From the human T2T-CHM13v2.0 reference genome, Homo sapiens, in the NCBI RefSeq assembly GCF_009914755.1, contig NC_060928.1: a DNA stretch of 64,000 nucleotides; one strand, written 5' to 3'. Below, one piece after another: positions 1 through 12,504 of the stretch. Under the pieces are notes generated by a model. The model was not told the DNA's origin and did not search any database. It worked only from the letters and a program-made list of their open reading frames with translations. The position numbers and the translations under genes were made by a program. How positions within the stretch are numbered: the stretch's first letter is position 1; every line of letters starts with the position of its first letter.

Positions 1-68
1 AAGTGAGTGGAGATCACGCCACCGCACTCCAGCCTGGGCGACAGAGCAAGACTCTGTCAAAAAAAAAA
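1..68 (+). mobile_element. Alu 3' end (cut by window start)
   Basis: GAGATCACGCCACCGCACTCCAGCCTGGGCGACAGAGCAAGACTCTGTC followed by an A tail. Confidence 0.95.
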
Positions 69-844
69 TTATAATCTCAACCTAATTTTTGGAGAAGAGA
101 TATGTAGAATTACTTTTAAAGAGATTTATTGATTCCTGAACCAGCAAGATTTAATCATACAACATTAACATTTTAAGGAACAAATATTTCAATCAAAAGA
201 AAAGGTAAGTTTAGTTAGCCAAAGAAATGATATATAGATTTGAGAATTACAGTGTGATAACTTGTCAGTGCTTATATAAACATTATCCATGGGATGAGGT
301 TTGCTGATTCAACAACAGAAAAACCTTAGTACCAGTGACATCTGTAAAATGTTAATACTGACAGGAATGGACATTTCCGCCTATCTTAGCCCAATACATT
401 AAATATTCAAATCACGTAACTGTTATAAATCCATGTCACTCATGCAGTTTTTTTTTTAGTAAAATAAAGCTTCTTTCATGGCTTCCTTTTATAAAGATAA
501 GATGCAAGGGGTCTTTTTGGAACATTTATGCATAATAATATTGATTTATTTTCATTTGAAAGAGTTTTTTCTTTTTCAAAAAAAAAGACTCAATATGAAT
601 GCTACCCAAATTCTATAAAGTAAGAAATGTTTTAATTTTAAAACAGTAGGAAGGACATAAACACAGAATAACTCATCTAAATTTAGTACACTTAGCTTTA
701 TGAAAATTCACTATATAATTGCACTCATTTTTCCCTATTTTGGAACAGACGCATACATTTATTTTCAAAAATTGGCACCTGATACCTGCCATTGTTTAAG
801 AACAAGGTTGAATGACACTCCTGTATAATCTCACAGGGTCGCGA

Positions 845-950
845 CTCATAGCACTCCTCGCACTGTATTATAATGACCTGTTCACCTGTGTACTGGATTT
901 GCATTAATTTAGAATCATAGTCAGAGGACATTGTGTTTTTATTTTTGTAA
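845..950 (+). mobile_element. L2 3'-region fragment (old)
   Basis: TCATAGCACTCCTCGCACTGTATTATAATGACCTGTTCACCTGT...GGACATTGTGTTTTTATTTTTGTA resembles the L2 3' consensus. Confidence 0.45.
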
Positions 951-1724
951 ATGATAAAATCTCATGTTGACCTTTAACAGGGTGAGTTGTCAGAGAAAAC
1001 TTCTTCTAAATGATTTTGGTAGGAACATTTTTATTCTTAGGGATGTAAGATGATTCCAAATGGCATGATTTCAGAAAATGTGGGCATATGACCTTTGATC
1101 TTTAAAGTGACCATTTCTGAGCTGCTCATTACTCATCATCCCATGCCTACTAACCCCACCACTATTTAAATGTGTGTTTGCCTTTAGGCTACTAGAACAG
1201 TGCTACTGGCCTTTTCTCAAGCTCCCAAGACAGAATATCTACTTGTTTCACAGGCACATGCCATCAAATGCCTCAAAAACCCTTTTGGATTTGTGCAGGA
1301 GTGAGGCACAGGTTGCTGCCACTAGTGGAAGTCTGTCACCGATTCCATTGTCTATTCTGGATACGTCATTTCTAATCCCTCCAACTCCCTCATTCCATCA
1401 TCAGCAACCCAGCCTCATTTCCTGAATGAGTTATTCCATGTGATTAGAAGTCTTGATAGTTCTCCTCAGTAGAAAAATGAAGATAATAATTCCTTGGACT
1501 CACATTTGAGTTTCATTATGCTCGTAATGGTGGGAAGGTTGCAGTAGAAAAGGATTTGAGAAAACAATTCTCATAATTTCATTTTTTTTCTGAGTGTCCT
1601 ACAGGAGTGAAAGAAAGCCAGAAATTATTCTTTGATTAAATCACTTTTCTATATTTGTCTATCTCCCAATTATACCACAAGCTCTTTGGTCCACGGACAT
1701 TTTGCCCTTTACCAGTTTTTAAAG

Positions 1725-1852
1725 GCCTACTTAGAAATTGGAACATAGAAAATGCTCAAAAAAATCACATGAACCCAGGAGGCAGAGGTTGCAGTGAGCC
1801 GAGATCACCCCACTGCACTCCAGCCTGGGCGACAGAGCGAGACTTTATCTCA

Positions 1853-1885
<33 letters not shown>

Positions 1886-1931
1886 AAGAAAAGAAAATGC
1901 TCAAAAAATATTTGCTCAATGAATGAATGAA
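1725..1931 (+). mobile_element. L2 extreme 3' end, split by a truncated Alu
   Basis: GGAACATAGAAAATGCTCAAAAAA[Alu]TATTTGCTCAATGAATGAATGAA matches the L2 terminus. Confidence 0.65.
1764..1891 (+). mobile_element. Heavily 5'-truncated Alu (right-arm end only) with 17-bp TSD
   Basis: ATCACATGAACCCAGGAGGCAGAGG...GAGACTTTATCTC plus A-rich tail; AGAAAATGCTCAAAAAA at 1747-1763 and 1892-1908. Confidence 0.95.
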
Positions 1932-2479
1932 CTCGTGAAACAGTGTTAGCTTTAAAGTCAGTGCCACTTAATATCAGCAGAGTATACGGATTTCCTATGG
2001 AAATTTCTGGATAGACTGTACGTACCAAGTCCCCTCAGCATTTACATTCATCAATGTAAATTTTAAAGTAGTAAGAAATTTGTGTACAGATGTCTTTGAC
2101 AAAACGGTTCATTTGAATCCATTCCTGAAGCACAGGTTAATGCTTAAATACTGCCAAATTAACTTTCTAAAACATGAATTATTAAGGGACAGATTACATC
2201 CATTGCCATCTTTTCAGGTGCCATGTGCTTTTTCTTTTGAGAATTATATAACTGCTGTTTAATATGCCTTATACATTTTTTTTTTCTGTCAGTTAGGCTT
2301 CTGAGTCTATTCTATGAGCATTTGCATAATGTTGCACTTGTGAGCGACGTGGTTAGTTTAGTTAAAGCAGGCTAGCTATACATCCAACATTCAAGGTCCC
2401 CTTTCAATGGTGTGGATTTTTCACTAAGCAATGGTTATCCCGTCAAATCTATGCTTCCTAGCTTGGGCTACCATTAGAT

Positions 2480-2800
2480 CTTGGCCATGTATTTGACTGC
2501 ATATTTGACCAAGGTTCAATAAGTAGAGTGGTTGTAAAAGTGATGATCACCACTCCCAGGCCTGGCCACAAAACTCCAATGCAAATCTCTTTTCTGATCC
2601 CTTTCCAGCTAGGTAGAGTGAGTATAGCCCCCAATACCATTTGGAAGAGAGAGAGAACCTCTGTCACTCTAGAACATGGACAACTGCATAGTGGAAGGCC
2701 ACCCACTGACCTGCTCAGCCACCATCTCACAGAGTAAGGAAGACAATCCTCCAGGCATAACACATATTCCCAGAGTATTTTTTGCATCATTAGCATATAC
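2480..2800 (+). mobile_element. Old MaLR LTR fragment (MLT1J/H-like)
   Basis: CACTCCCAGGCCTGGCCACAAAACTCC and downstream motifs resemble MLT1J-group consensus; boundaries approximate. Confidence 0.4.
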
Positions 2801-2881
2801 TTGAAGGGTTAAATCAGTTCACTATGGTAGACAGCTCCAGATTCCTGATGTACCTCATGGGGAGGAGATCATCTTTATTAG

Positions 2882-2972
2882 AAATCAACAATTAGGTCTA
2901 GAGTGGAAAAACATCAAATCTTACTCTAATCAAAATCAACAATTAGGTCCAGAGTGGAAAAAAATCAAATCT
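2882..2972. repeat. Tandem duplication, 51-bp period
   Basis: AAATCAACAATTAGGTC(T/C)AGAGTGGAAAAA(C/A)ATCAAATCT at 2882-2921 and 2933-2972, 38/40 identical. Confidence 0.9.
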
Positions 2973-5929
2973 CAATCACACCTTACTTTTGGTGGCTGTT
3001 TAGTGAACCACCAAACAAGGCTTGTCTCAAAAATTTGTAGAGAAAAAACAAACAATTAAAAAAAAAAAAAACTTTAGTATTTGCTGAATAATCCTAAAAC
3101 TAGCAATGGTTATATGATACTGTATTGACAATAGCTTTAAATGATCAAAAATGGTTTCAGAAGCAGATGTCTCACTATAAAAATGGAGCACAAAGTGAAT
3201 GAGCAAAACTGATGCTGTGCTACCAATGAACCCAGGAAGAACGGTGGTCCTGAGAACAGTGTCCTCCAGGTGCCCTCGGCAGAGCAGCTTTCAACGAACT
3301 GCGCTCTGGTGTTTTACTACCATCAGAAGTGAAGGATCATTATGTGAGCTGTGCTGTGAAATCTGAAAATACCACTCCAGGGGGTGTTTTTTGGAAGTGA
3401 GTTCATGCCACATCACAGCATATACTTTAAAAGGACCCTTGCGGAAAATTCTTTTCAGGTATAAAAATCAGAAATAGTTGTACTTTTCCTGAAAAACTGG
3501 CTTGCCTTTCTTCTATGGACATTAAGTATTGTGTAACTGATCTTGTTTGCTTCCTCCCTTGTAAGAAAGCTTAGAGTCAATTTACCCGTTCATCTCTAGC
3601 AGGCATAGCTGCCCCGCATGTTGCATTTTTGTGGGGAAAAGCTCACTAAGGCTTTATCTTATTTTTATGGCAAAACCATATGTTAATATTTCTTATTTCC
3701 CCATTTCCTTTTTTAATTTTCCATGCCATGGTATCCTAGCTCTTTATAGTCTCTCAAAACACAGTCCAATTTAAACATATGAATGTATCTTCTCATAGAG
3801 ACTCAGAATTCATAAGCTATTTACATTAATTAAATATTCCAGATAAATACAGCAAATTGACAATATAGTTATTTTAGCATTATATTGCACCAGGAAATAT
3901 ACAAATGATAAAATAAATAAATTCAAACTTCATAAGAATCTTGACATCTTCTGTTAGTGCAAAATAAAAAATAAAATGCTAGCTACCAGCATTTCATTCA
4001 TAAATCTCATCTATTCATTAGGCAATTTCTTTCTTCAATTGTTTTGTCTAAACAAGTTAACTGAGCTCAGAAAACCAAATAAGTTAAGATTCAATTGAGG
4101 TATATGTCTTAAGCATCAAATACCATATAAAACAAAGCAAGCTTAGGATAAGCAATCCAAGAGCCAGAGGCAAGTTCTTAAGATGAATTTCTCCCTAAGC
4201 CAGAGAGAAATAAGAGGATTTTTCTTTTAAGCACCAGGAAGGGGCAGTGGGGAGACCTGCAAGACAAGTTTACACATCCCCAAAGGTTTATAGGCTTCAG
4301 TCATAATCATGCAATGCATAGGCAGTAATATAAGCCCAGTTTACACTATTTCTAAGCCCTTAATGCTTTTATGCACTGTAAAAAACACTGGAGAAAGAAC
4401 ATACTAAAAACATGAGAAGTTGAAAATATTTGCTCAATTGTGTAACTGTTGAATTGCACATATTGATTGTAACAGTGTTTATTTTGAATGCATTTTTCTA
4501 CTGAGAATAGAAAAGTATGGGGTAATAAATACTTATATAAATATTTCCTTCTATAGAGTACCACAGAGGAAAGGGTAAGTAGGCACAGCTTTCTATGATG
4601 TAATTTTCCTTGTGATCTCTACTTTGCTTCTTACTATTGCTCTGAGGGCTTTTTCACTAGGTGCATATCAATTCCATTTCCCCTTGGTTTAGCTAAGGAA
4701 GATTTAAAATTCTCCAAATGATTCTTACTATTAAATTGAAGGAACGTAATACAAAGTAAAATAAAGTATAAATACAAAAAACCTTCAAAAGCCCAGGAAC
4801 ATAACTGATAGCAGAGGAATCCATTTCTTTTCACTTCAAGATAAAATTTAAACAAAAAACAAAAATAGATCTGGCAAGTAAAAATTTACAAGTTTCTTCT
4901 CCTTAAAATCCCCCAAAGGTTTTCACTTATTACAGTAAAACTCCTTTTTAAGTGTTTCATAAACTGTCTCCAGCACACCTCTCTTGCCTTCCCCAAATGT
5001 TCTGTTCTTGTTCGTTATTTTGCCTTGTCAGCTGTTCCTTCTCTGAGCAGAAATCCCTACAACTTCTCCCACCAGAAAAATGTCAAGTCCAGAGCAAATG
5101 GCCCTTCATCAGAGATGACGTTCCACAATAAAGGTAACTGCTTTTTTATATCACCACTTTGGGAATATAATATCCATATTTATTTACCTCCTCATTATAG
5201 TGGTTTTTTTCAGTAGTTGTTCTAAGACTGCCCTACGGAACATTGAGCTCATTGGGCCAGATATGGATTTTTTGTATTCTCAGGAATTAAGAAACTAGCT
5301 GATCCATAGTAGCATGCAATCATCTACTTAATTAATAAAATTGGCATTTAGAATACTTAGTCTTTGAATCCTAATACAGCTTTTTAATCTTACAAATATT
5401 TTTCTACTACTTACGTTTGTACTAGTGAGTTCGTCATATTACAACGGGAACTTTGAATACTTCTATCCCTCAAACACTATACATAGGTTCTAAGAAAGCA
5501 GAATATTTAGTCATTTGTTTTACACTCAGGAGAAATAATTTTCTCAGTGGCATAGTCAATTTGAGTAAATAATCATGTTGAAGATTGTTCTGCCCAGAAT
5601 CAGGAATTTATTAAAGTCTACTCAGGAAAAATTGCAGTCGCAATATGTATTGAGTTAGTTTTATTAGCAAAGCAAATATTAAGTTATCTGATCTTGTAAT
5701 GTAACTTAAAATTTCAAAGCCCATTGTAATCACATGTATAGCTCTGAGGTATTGAGAATTTAGCTGTAAATCAGAAAAATAGACAAAAGCAGTACCTACC
5801 AAGACTTATACTTTATACTTATCTGGATTTTATCTCCAAAGTGGTATCATGATTTTGGTTTGTTGAAAGTTCTTTTGGATTTATCTGTCACGTAGGACTG
5901 AAGAGCATAGTGAAATTAATTAATAAAGT

Positions 5930-6095
5930 CCTACTGTTGAATTCTGATTTTGTTATGAGCTAAATGGTCTTGGGTGTTATAATTAAAATCTCTGAACCTT
6001 AGTTTGATCACATATAAAACTGGTATCATAATTCTTGCTTTTAAGCATGTTGAAGGTTAAATGAGATCATTTGTATACAAATGTATATAAAGTTT
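5930..6095 (+). mobile_element. MIR
   Basis: Core GGTCTTGGG...AATCTCTGAACCTTAGTTTGATCACATATAAAACTGG...GAAGGTTAAATGAGATCA. Confidence 0.6.
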
Positions 6096-6204
6096 TAATA
6101 TACATAAGAATGAATTTATCTTTTCTACCTAAAAGCATTTTATTAGTGCAATTCTAGCTTCAGGGCAAGATCTGAGCATGAAGATCTGTATGTGAGTGAG
6201 GGAT

Positions 6205-6520
6205 GTTTCATTTTCACTTAGCGGAAGAACACACTAAGGGTAGCTTAAACAATTAGGTTTATATTTTTCATGGTCTAGAGCAAGAAATAAGGTGTAGTCT
6301 ATTTTTGGCAGATGCAAATCTAGGCATCAGTCTTGTGGAAAGCAGTGGTACCAGCTGCATCTGTCTTTACAAGAAAATAAGACTTCCACTTATGTCCAAT
6401 CGGCTGGAACAGGGGCACACAGTTAACCCCAGTTGCAAAATAATTCAGGAAACTGGACATCTCATCTTCTATTATTTGAAGTGGGATATAGCAAGGGAGA
6501 AGGGTATTAGAAATAGCCTT
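6205..6520 (-). mobile_element. Old MaLR LTR fragment (MLT1K/L-like)
   Basis: CTTCCACTTATGTCCAATCGGCTGGAACAGGGGCACACAGTTAACCCCAGTTGCAA resembles the reverse MLT1K/L motif. Confidence 0.4.
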
Positions 6521-7352
6521 TCAGTATTTCTCTCACTTTTCCACTGTGATATTAAAATGTTAATAAAATGCTAGCCGTAGAGACAACTAAATGCCATAAT
6601 ATGATCAATTTGCTTTCAATTCAAAGCAAACATTAACTCTCAGTTAAGTTTAAACTGTAGGCAGGAAGCAGAAAATACACTTGATTTCACTTCTCTTAGC
6701 TCCTTATTAAATAAAAATATACAAAATGTACTTTGTTTTTTCCCTTCACTGTTTGTGTTGTGCATTTGAAACATGGTCAGGCCCATTTGTTTCTAGTTGA
6801 ATTTACTTTCCCCTTAATTGTTTATTACCTTTCCCCATAATTGCTTATTAAATTCATTTTGTGTGTATGTGAAATATTAATATGATCCCCAAATGCGGAA
6901 TGTTAAAAATGGTATACTCAAAGAAGTGTCCTGCTGACAGCCTTTCCTCTGTTCTAATCTTCTTATCTTCTCTATCCGTTTCCCACCTACTTTCTCTAAA
7001 TAAGTAATCTCATTAGTTTCTGATTTGTGCTTGTATGTGTTTTGTACAAACGAGCAAAGACATATGCTTTCCGTTTGGGTTTGTTTGTTTCCCATTTTCT
7101 ATCTGACTTTTGGTCTTGTCCTCAACTCAACATTATTTATTTGGACCATTAGCTCTTAATCTGTGATGTGTTGCAAATATTGTCTCCCATATGTCCCAAT
7201 ATCATCTCTTGTTAACAATCTCCTGAACTTACTTAAAGCTTTTCTTTTCCTATGCAACTTTTATCTTTTTAAAATATGTAGTCGATTTTCTATCAGACTT
7301 TTAAAATTACATTTGGATTTCAAGTCATCGCTAGAAAACTTTTATTTACACA

Positions 7353-7650
<298 letters not shown>

Positions 7651-8294
7651 CTAATACTTGAATTATTTAATTTTTACATTTAAATCCATTATTTTGAAAC
7701 CACTTATATTTTAAATCAAAAATCAAGTGTCAGAAATTTGAGATGTATGTAAAATACATCTTTTATACTAATTCTTTTTTTTAGTGTTTCTAATTCTTTT
7801 ATTTAGTGTTCCATTTATTAATACACATTTAAGAAAGATTTGTGGAGAGTCACAGATACAAATATATGTTCTAATAGTGCCACTTCAATCCAATTTGTAA
7901 TAGGATAAATATAGAAATATAAAATATACCAGAGCTATTAGTTTTTATCTTTTCATACATGTAAAAATTTCACCTAAAAAGAATCGAGAAAAAGAAAACT
8001 CAATAAAATGATATTATTTTAAAACATTTTCCAGTTTATCATCTTTTAATGCATGTGACAAATTTTTGTACTATTATTTAAACTTGTCTTAAGGTATTTT
8101 AAAATAATAGCATACAAGTTAACAGATACTACTGCAGAAATGAGGCTACAGTTCCTCCTTTGATTTCTTAGTACCAATTTCATAAGATAAATATATACTT
8201 CAATAATCTTTAAAAGATAATCATTGAATATAGTATATCATGCTATTTCAAAGTAATTTAGGTTAGGTGCTTTTAAACTTGAAATTACTTATAT

Positions 8295-10415
8295 TTTAAA
8301 ATATTCAGCGATATTTGAGAAATGCACAGTAACATCATATTGAATGGGGAAAAGTTGAAACCATTCTCCCTAAGAACTGGAATAAGACAAGGATGCCCAC
8401 TTTCATCACTTCTATTCAACATAGCACTGGAAGTCCTAGCCAGAGCAATTAGGTAAGATAAAGAAATAAAAGGCATCCAAATTGGAAAAGAGGAAGTCAA
8501 ACTATCCCTGTTTGCAGATGATATGGTCTTATGCATAGAAAATGCTAAAGACTCCTCCAAAAGACTCAGATTTAATCAATAAATTCAGTAAAGTCTCAAG
8601 TTACAAAATCAATATACACAAATCAAGAACTCAATCCCATTTAAAATGCTAAGAAAAAAAATAACTAGGAAAATACTTAACACGGAGGTGAAAGATCTGT
8701 ACAAGGAGAACTACAAAATACCCATTAAAAAATCATAGATGACACAAATGGAAATATATCCCATGCTTATGGATTGGAAGAATCAATATTGTGAAAATGA
8801 CCACAGTGACCAATCTATAGACTCAATGCAATTCCTGTCAAAATACCAACATCACTCTTCACAAAATTAGATAATCCTAGTATTTATATGGAACCAAAAA
8901 AGAGCCCAAATAGCCAAATCAACAAGAACAAATCTTGAGGCATCACATTACCCAACTTCAGATTATACTGTAAGCCTGTGGTAACCAAAACAGGCTGATG
9001 TAGGTATAAAAGTAGACACACAGACTTACGGAACAAAATAGAGAATCTAGAAATAAAGCCAAATACCCATAACCAGCTAATCTTTCACAAAGCAGACAAA
9101 AACAAAAACATATACTGAGGAAAGAACAACTCTGTTGAATAAGTGATGCTGGGAAAATTGGATAGCCATATGTAGAAGAATGAAACTGGACCCCTATCTC
9201 TCACCACATACAAAAGTTAACTCAAGATGGATTAAAGACCTAAATCTAAGATCAGATACCATGAAAATTTTTGAAGAAAACCTAGGAAAAACTCTTCTGG
9301 ACATTGTCCTAGGCAAAGAATTTATGACTAAGACCTTAAAAGCAAATGCAACAAAACACAAATAAATAAATGAGACTAAATTAAACTAAAAATATTCTGC
9401 ACAGCAAAAGAAATAATTAACAGAGTAAACAGGTAACCTATAGAATGGGAGAAAATATTTGCACGCTAGACATTTGACAAAGGACTAATATCCAGAATCT
9501 ACAAGGAACTCAAACAAATCAGCAAGAAAAAAAAATAATCCCACTAAAAATTGGGCAAACAACAAGAACATACATTTCTCAAAGGAAGAGATACAAATGG
9601 CCAAAAAAAGTTTAAAAAATGTTCAACATCACTAATAATCAGGAAAATGCAAATTAAAACCACAATGAGAAACCACCTTACTCCAGCCAGAATTGGCATT
9701 ATTAAAAAGTCAAAAAACAATAGATATTTGTGTAGATATGGTGAAAACAGAACATGTGTACACTGCTGGTGGGAATGTAAGTTAGTAAAATCTCTATGGA
9801 ATACAGTAGAGAGATTTATCAAAGAACTAAAAGTAGATCCACCATTCAAACCAGCAATCCCACTACTGGAATTATGCAGTAAGAACACAAAGGTACATAA
9901 GTTATTATATAAAAAAGACACCTACACTTGTACGTTCATAACAGCACAAGTCACAACTGAAAAGACATGGAATCAGTCTAAGTGTCCATGAACCAATGAG
10001 TGGATAAACAAAATGTTGTATCTATATATTTATATACTGTGGAATACTACTCAGCCATGAAAAAAATAAAGTAGTCTTTTGCAGAGACTTGGAACTGGAG
10101 GGCATTATCCTAAGTGAAGTAACTCAAAAATGGAAAACCAAATATCTCATGTTCTTACCAATAAGTAGAAGTTAAGCTACAAGTACTCAAAGGCATGCAT
10201 AGTGATATAGTGGACACTGGAAACTCAGAAGAAAGGAAAAGGCAGGGTGGGAAGAAGGATGAAAAGTAACTATTGGCTACAATATACACTATTTGGGTGA
10301 TAGGTGCACTAAAAGCCCAGACAGACTTCACTACTACACAATTCATCCCTGTAATCAAAAACTGTTTGTAACTCTTAAACTACTGAAATTTTTAAAAAAT
10401 AAATAAAAGAAATAA
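8295..10415 (+). mobile_element. L1PB4-like 5'-truncated LINE-1 (3' ORF2 plus 3'UTR)
   Basis: ORF2 remnants (LFADD region, [33 protein letters not shown]); 3'UTR AAAAGCCCAGAC...TTCACTACTACACAATTCATCC; A-rich tail. Confidence 0.88.
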
Positions 10416-10666
10416 AGTACCCAATGAAAGATTCATAATACATGAATATCTCTAAATGATATGCATTAAATAAAAGCAAAGGCGCAATATTATCTTGTTT
10501 TCATTGGACACTACTAGAAAAAAACTGAAAATAATAATAATTACACAAATGCTAATGTAGACTTCATTTTATCCACATGGACTTAACCCCAAAATCATAT
10601 AATTCTGTAGAAATGCAGAGTTTACATTAGTGATGATGAAGGGCGATGTCATAGAAAGACTTTTAA

Positions 10667-10941
10667 GGCTGGGCATGGTGGCTCACGCCTGTAATCCCAG
10701 CACTTGGGGAGGCCTAGGTGGGTGGATCATACAGTCAGGAGTTCAAGACCAGCCTGGCCAAGATGGTAAAACCCTGTGTCTCCTAAAAATACAAAAATTA
10801 GCCAGTGTAGTGATGTGCACCTGTAATTCCAGCTATTTGGGAGGCTGAGGCAGAGGAATCAATTGAACCCAGGAGACGGAGGTTGCAGTGAGCCAAGATA
10901 GCGCCATTGCTTTCCAGCCTGGGCGACAGAGCAAGACTCCA

Positions 10942-10972
<31 letters not shown>
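10667..10972 (+). mobile_element. AluS (Sg-like)
   Basis: Full dimer from GGCTGGGCATGGTGGCTCACGCC to poly(A). Confidence 0.93.
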
Positions 10973-10976
<4 letters not shown>

Positions 10977-12504
10977 TCAAATGTGATCCTTGTGTTCAGG
11001 GCTTGGGAAAGGGGTTATAAAAATTATTAAAAAATTACATCAAACTGAAAATCATTTTAGATAATGACTACTCTTTTTTCAGAAGAAATAATGAAATGAA
11101 CTAAAAACTCTAGATTTTTGTTCATCTAAATCATGTTTCTGCCCATATACTATTTATTCCACTACTTTCCAAATAGCCATATCTCAATTTAAGGGGTATA
11201 ATTCATATCTTAAAAAATGAAAATGCCTTCAGAGAAAGTATTTCATAAATTGTATACAGAAATTAGTAAGAAAATGTTTGTACAGCATTTTGTGCTTTAA
11301 CAGATATGAAATATTTGAATATTGTCTCTACACGATTTCTCTTTTCAGTGCAGTCCAAAACATCACTTTTAAGGTAAGCCATGATGCATAATTTTGCTGC
11401 TGGCAAAATAGCAAAGGTTATATTGCACTTTTTACATTTTATGTTGGTAGATTCCCCAAGCCAGTTCACCTATGCTGAAGTTTAATAAAATAAATGCTCA
11501 GATTGTCTACCACTGTAAGATGCAATCATGATGGCTTGAGATAAATTTTAGTCTGGGATTAAAATCTTTTATTTATTCTCAATTACCCCAATAACTGTGG
11601 GGGAAGAAACTAAAATATAAAGTTATGTATAATAATTTGACCATCTTAGCAGAGTCAACTCTGGAATCAATGAGCAGTGCCACTGATATTGCTTGTTGTG
11701 AAAAAACCATATGCAGTCTCATATGTACTTGGAAAAAAATCTGGTACCAGTGACATTACCATTGATGGTCTTACTTTTCCATGCAGATGCTTGGAAATTT
11801 TAAGTATTCCAAAAGCATTCCATAGTCCCACCTGGCCCAATATGTAAATTATTGACTTAGTAAAACTTTTTACATGAGAGAAGTTTGTGTGCTCATAAAG
11901 TATATATTCATCGCAGGTAGTTTAAGGGACATATCAACTATAAGATAAACATTTTTAACTATATATTTATGTTATCAAAATGAGTCTATTGTTCTAATTA
12001 CCTAACCAGTTGTTTGCTCCCCCTTTTAATTATAATTTTGACATTTGACATTATTAGCTACTTTTTTCTTTTTATTTTTTTTTTACTTTCAATATTGGCT
12101 AATTTTTGTTTTCCTGATATGTTTCCACCAGCATAGTGTTTTGTCCAGAATGACTGAATTTTCACCAAGAAACCTGATAAATATCTTGATCCACAACTTC
12201 CTAAATATCTAATAAATTGAGTTTGCACTGAAATTTTGATATAAAAGTTACTCCTTCCTTACCCTAAAGCATTGTTTAATCATATAACAAGAGAAACAAT
12301 CAAGATGAGAAATGATTCTTTTTTTAAAAAATTCAGTAGTTTTGTATTGAGATATTCTATTTACATGTTTGTTCATTCCTTCTGTAAATATTTATTGAGT
12401 GCCTATTATATGCCAAACACTGGACTAGGTATTGGGGATATGATATGAATTAAGAGCAAATGTCCCTGTAAGATGCTGAAGTTACCATCTGATTAAAAAC
12501 AATA

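Noticed and set aside
725-931. Cys-rich 68-aa minus-strand ORF with a CAG|GTATC donor
   Set aside because: No pyrimidine tract at the candidate acceptor, no recognisable protein, and the plus strand resembles an L2 3' fragment.
1314-1330. CCACTAGTGG palindrome as a CTCF site
   Set aside because: Spacing is one base short of the CTCF core, and a 10-bp palindrome is expected by chance in 64 kb.
5611-5790. Minus-strand acceptor (TTTTTCTGATTTACAG at 5764) followed by AATAAA motifs as a terminal exon
   Set aside because: Such signals are frequent in AT-rich DNA, and no partner exon or recognisable coding sequence supports it.
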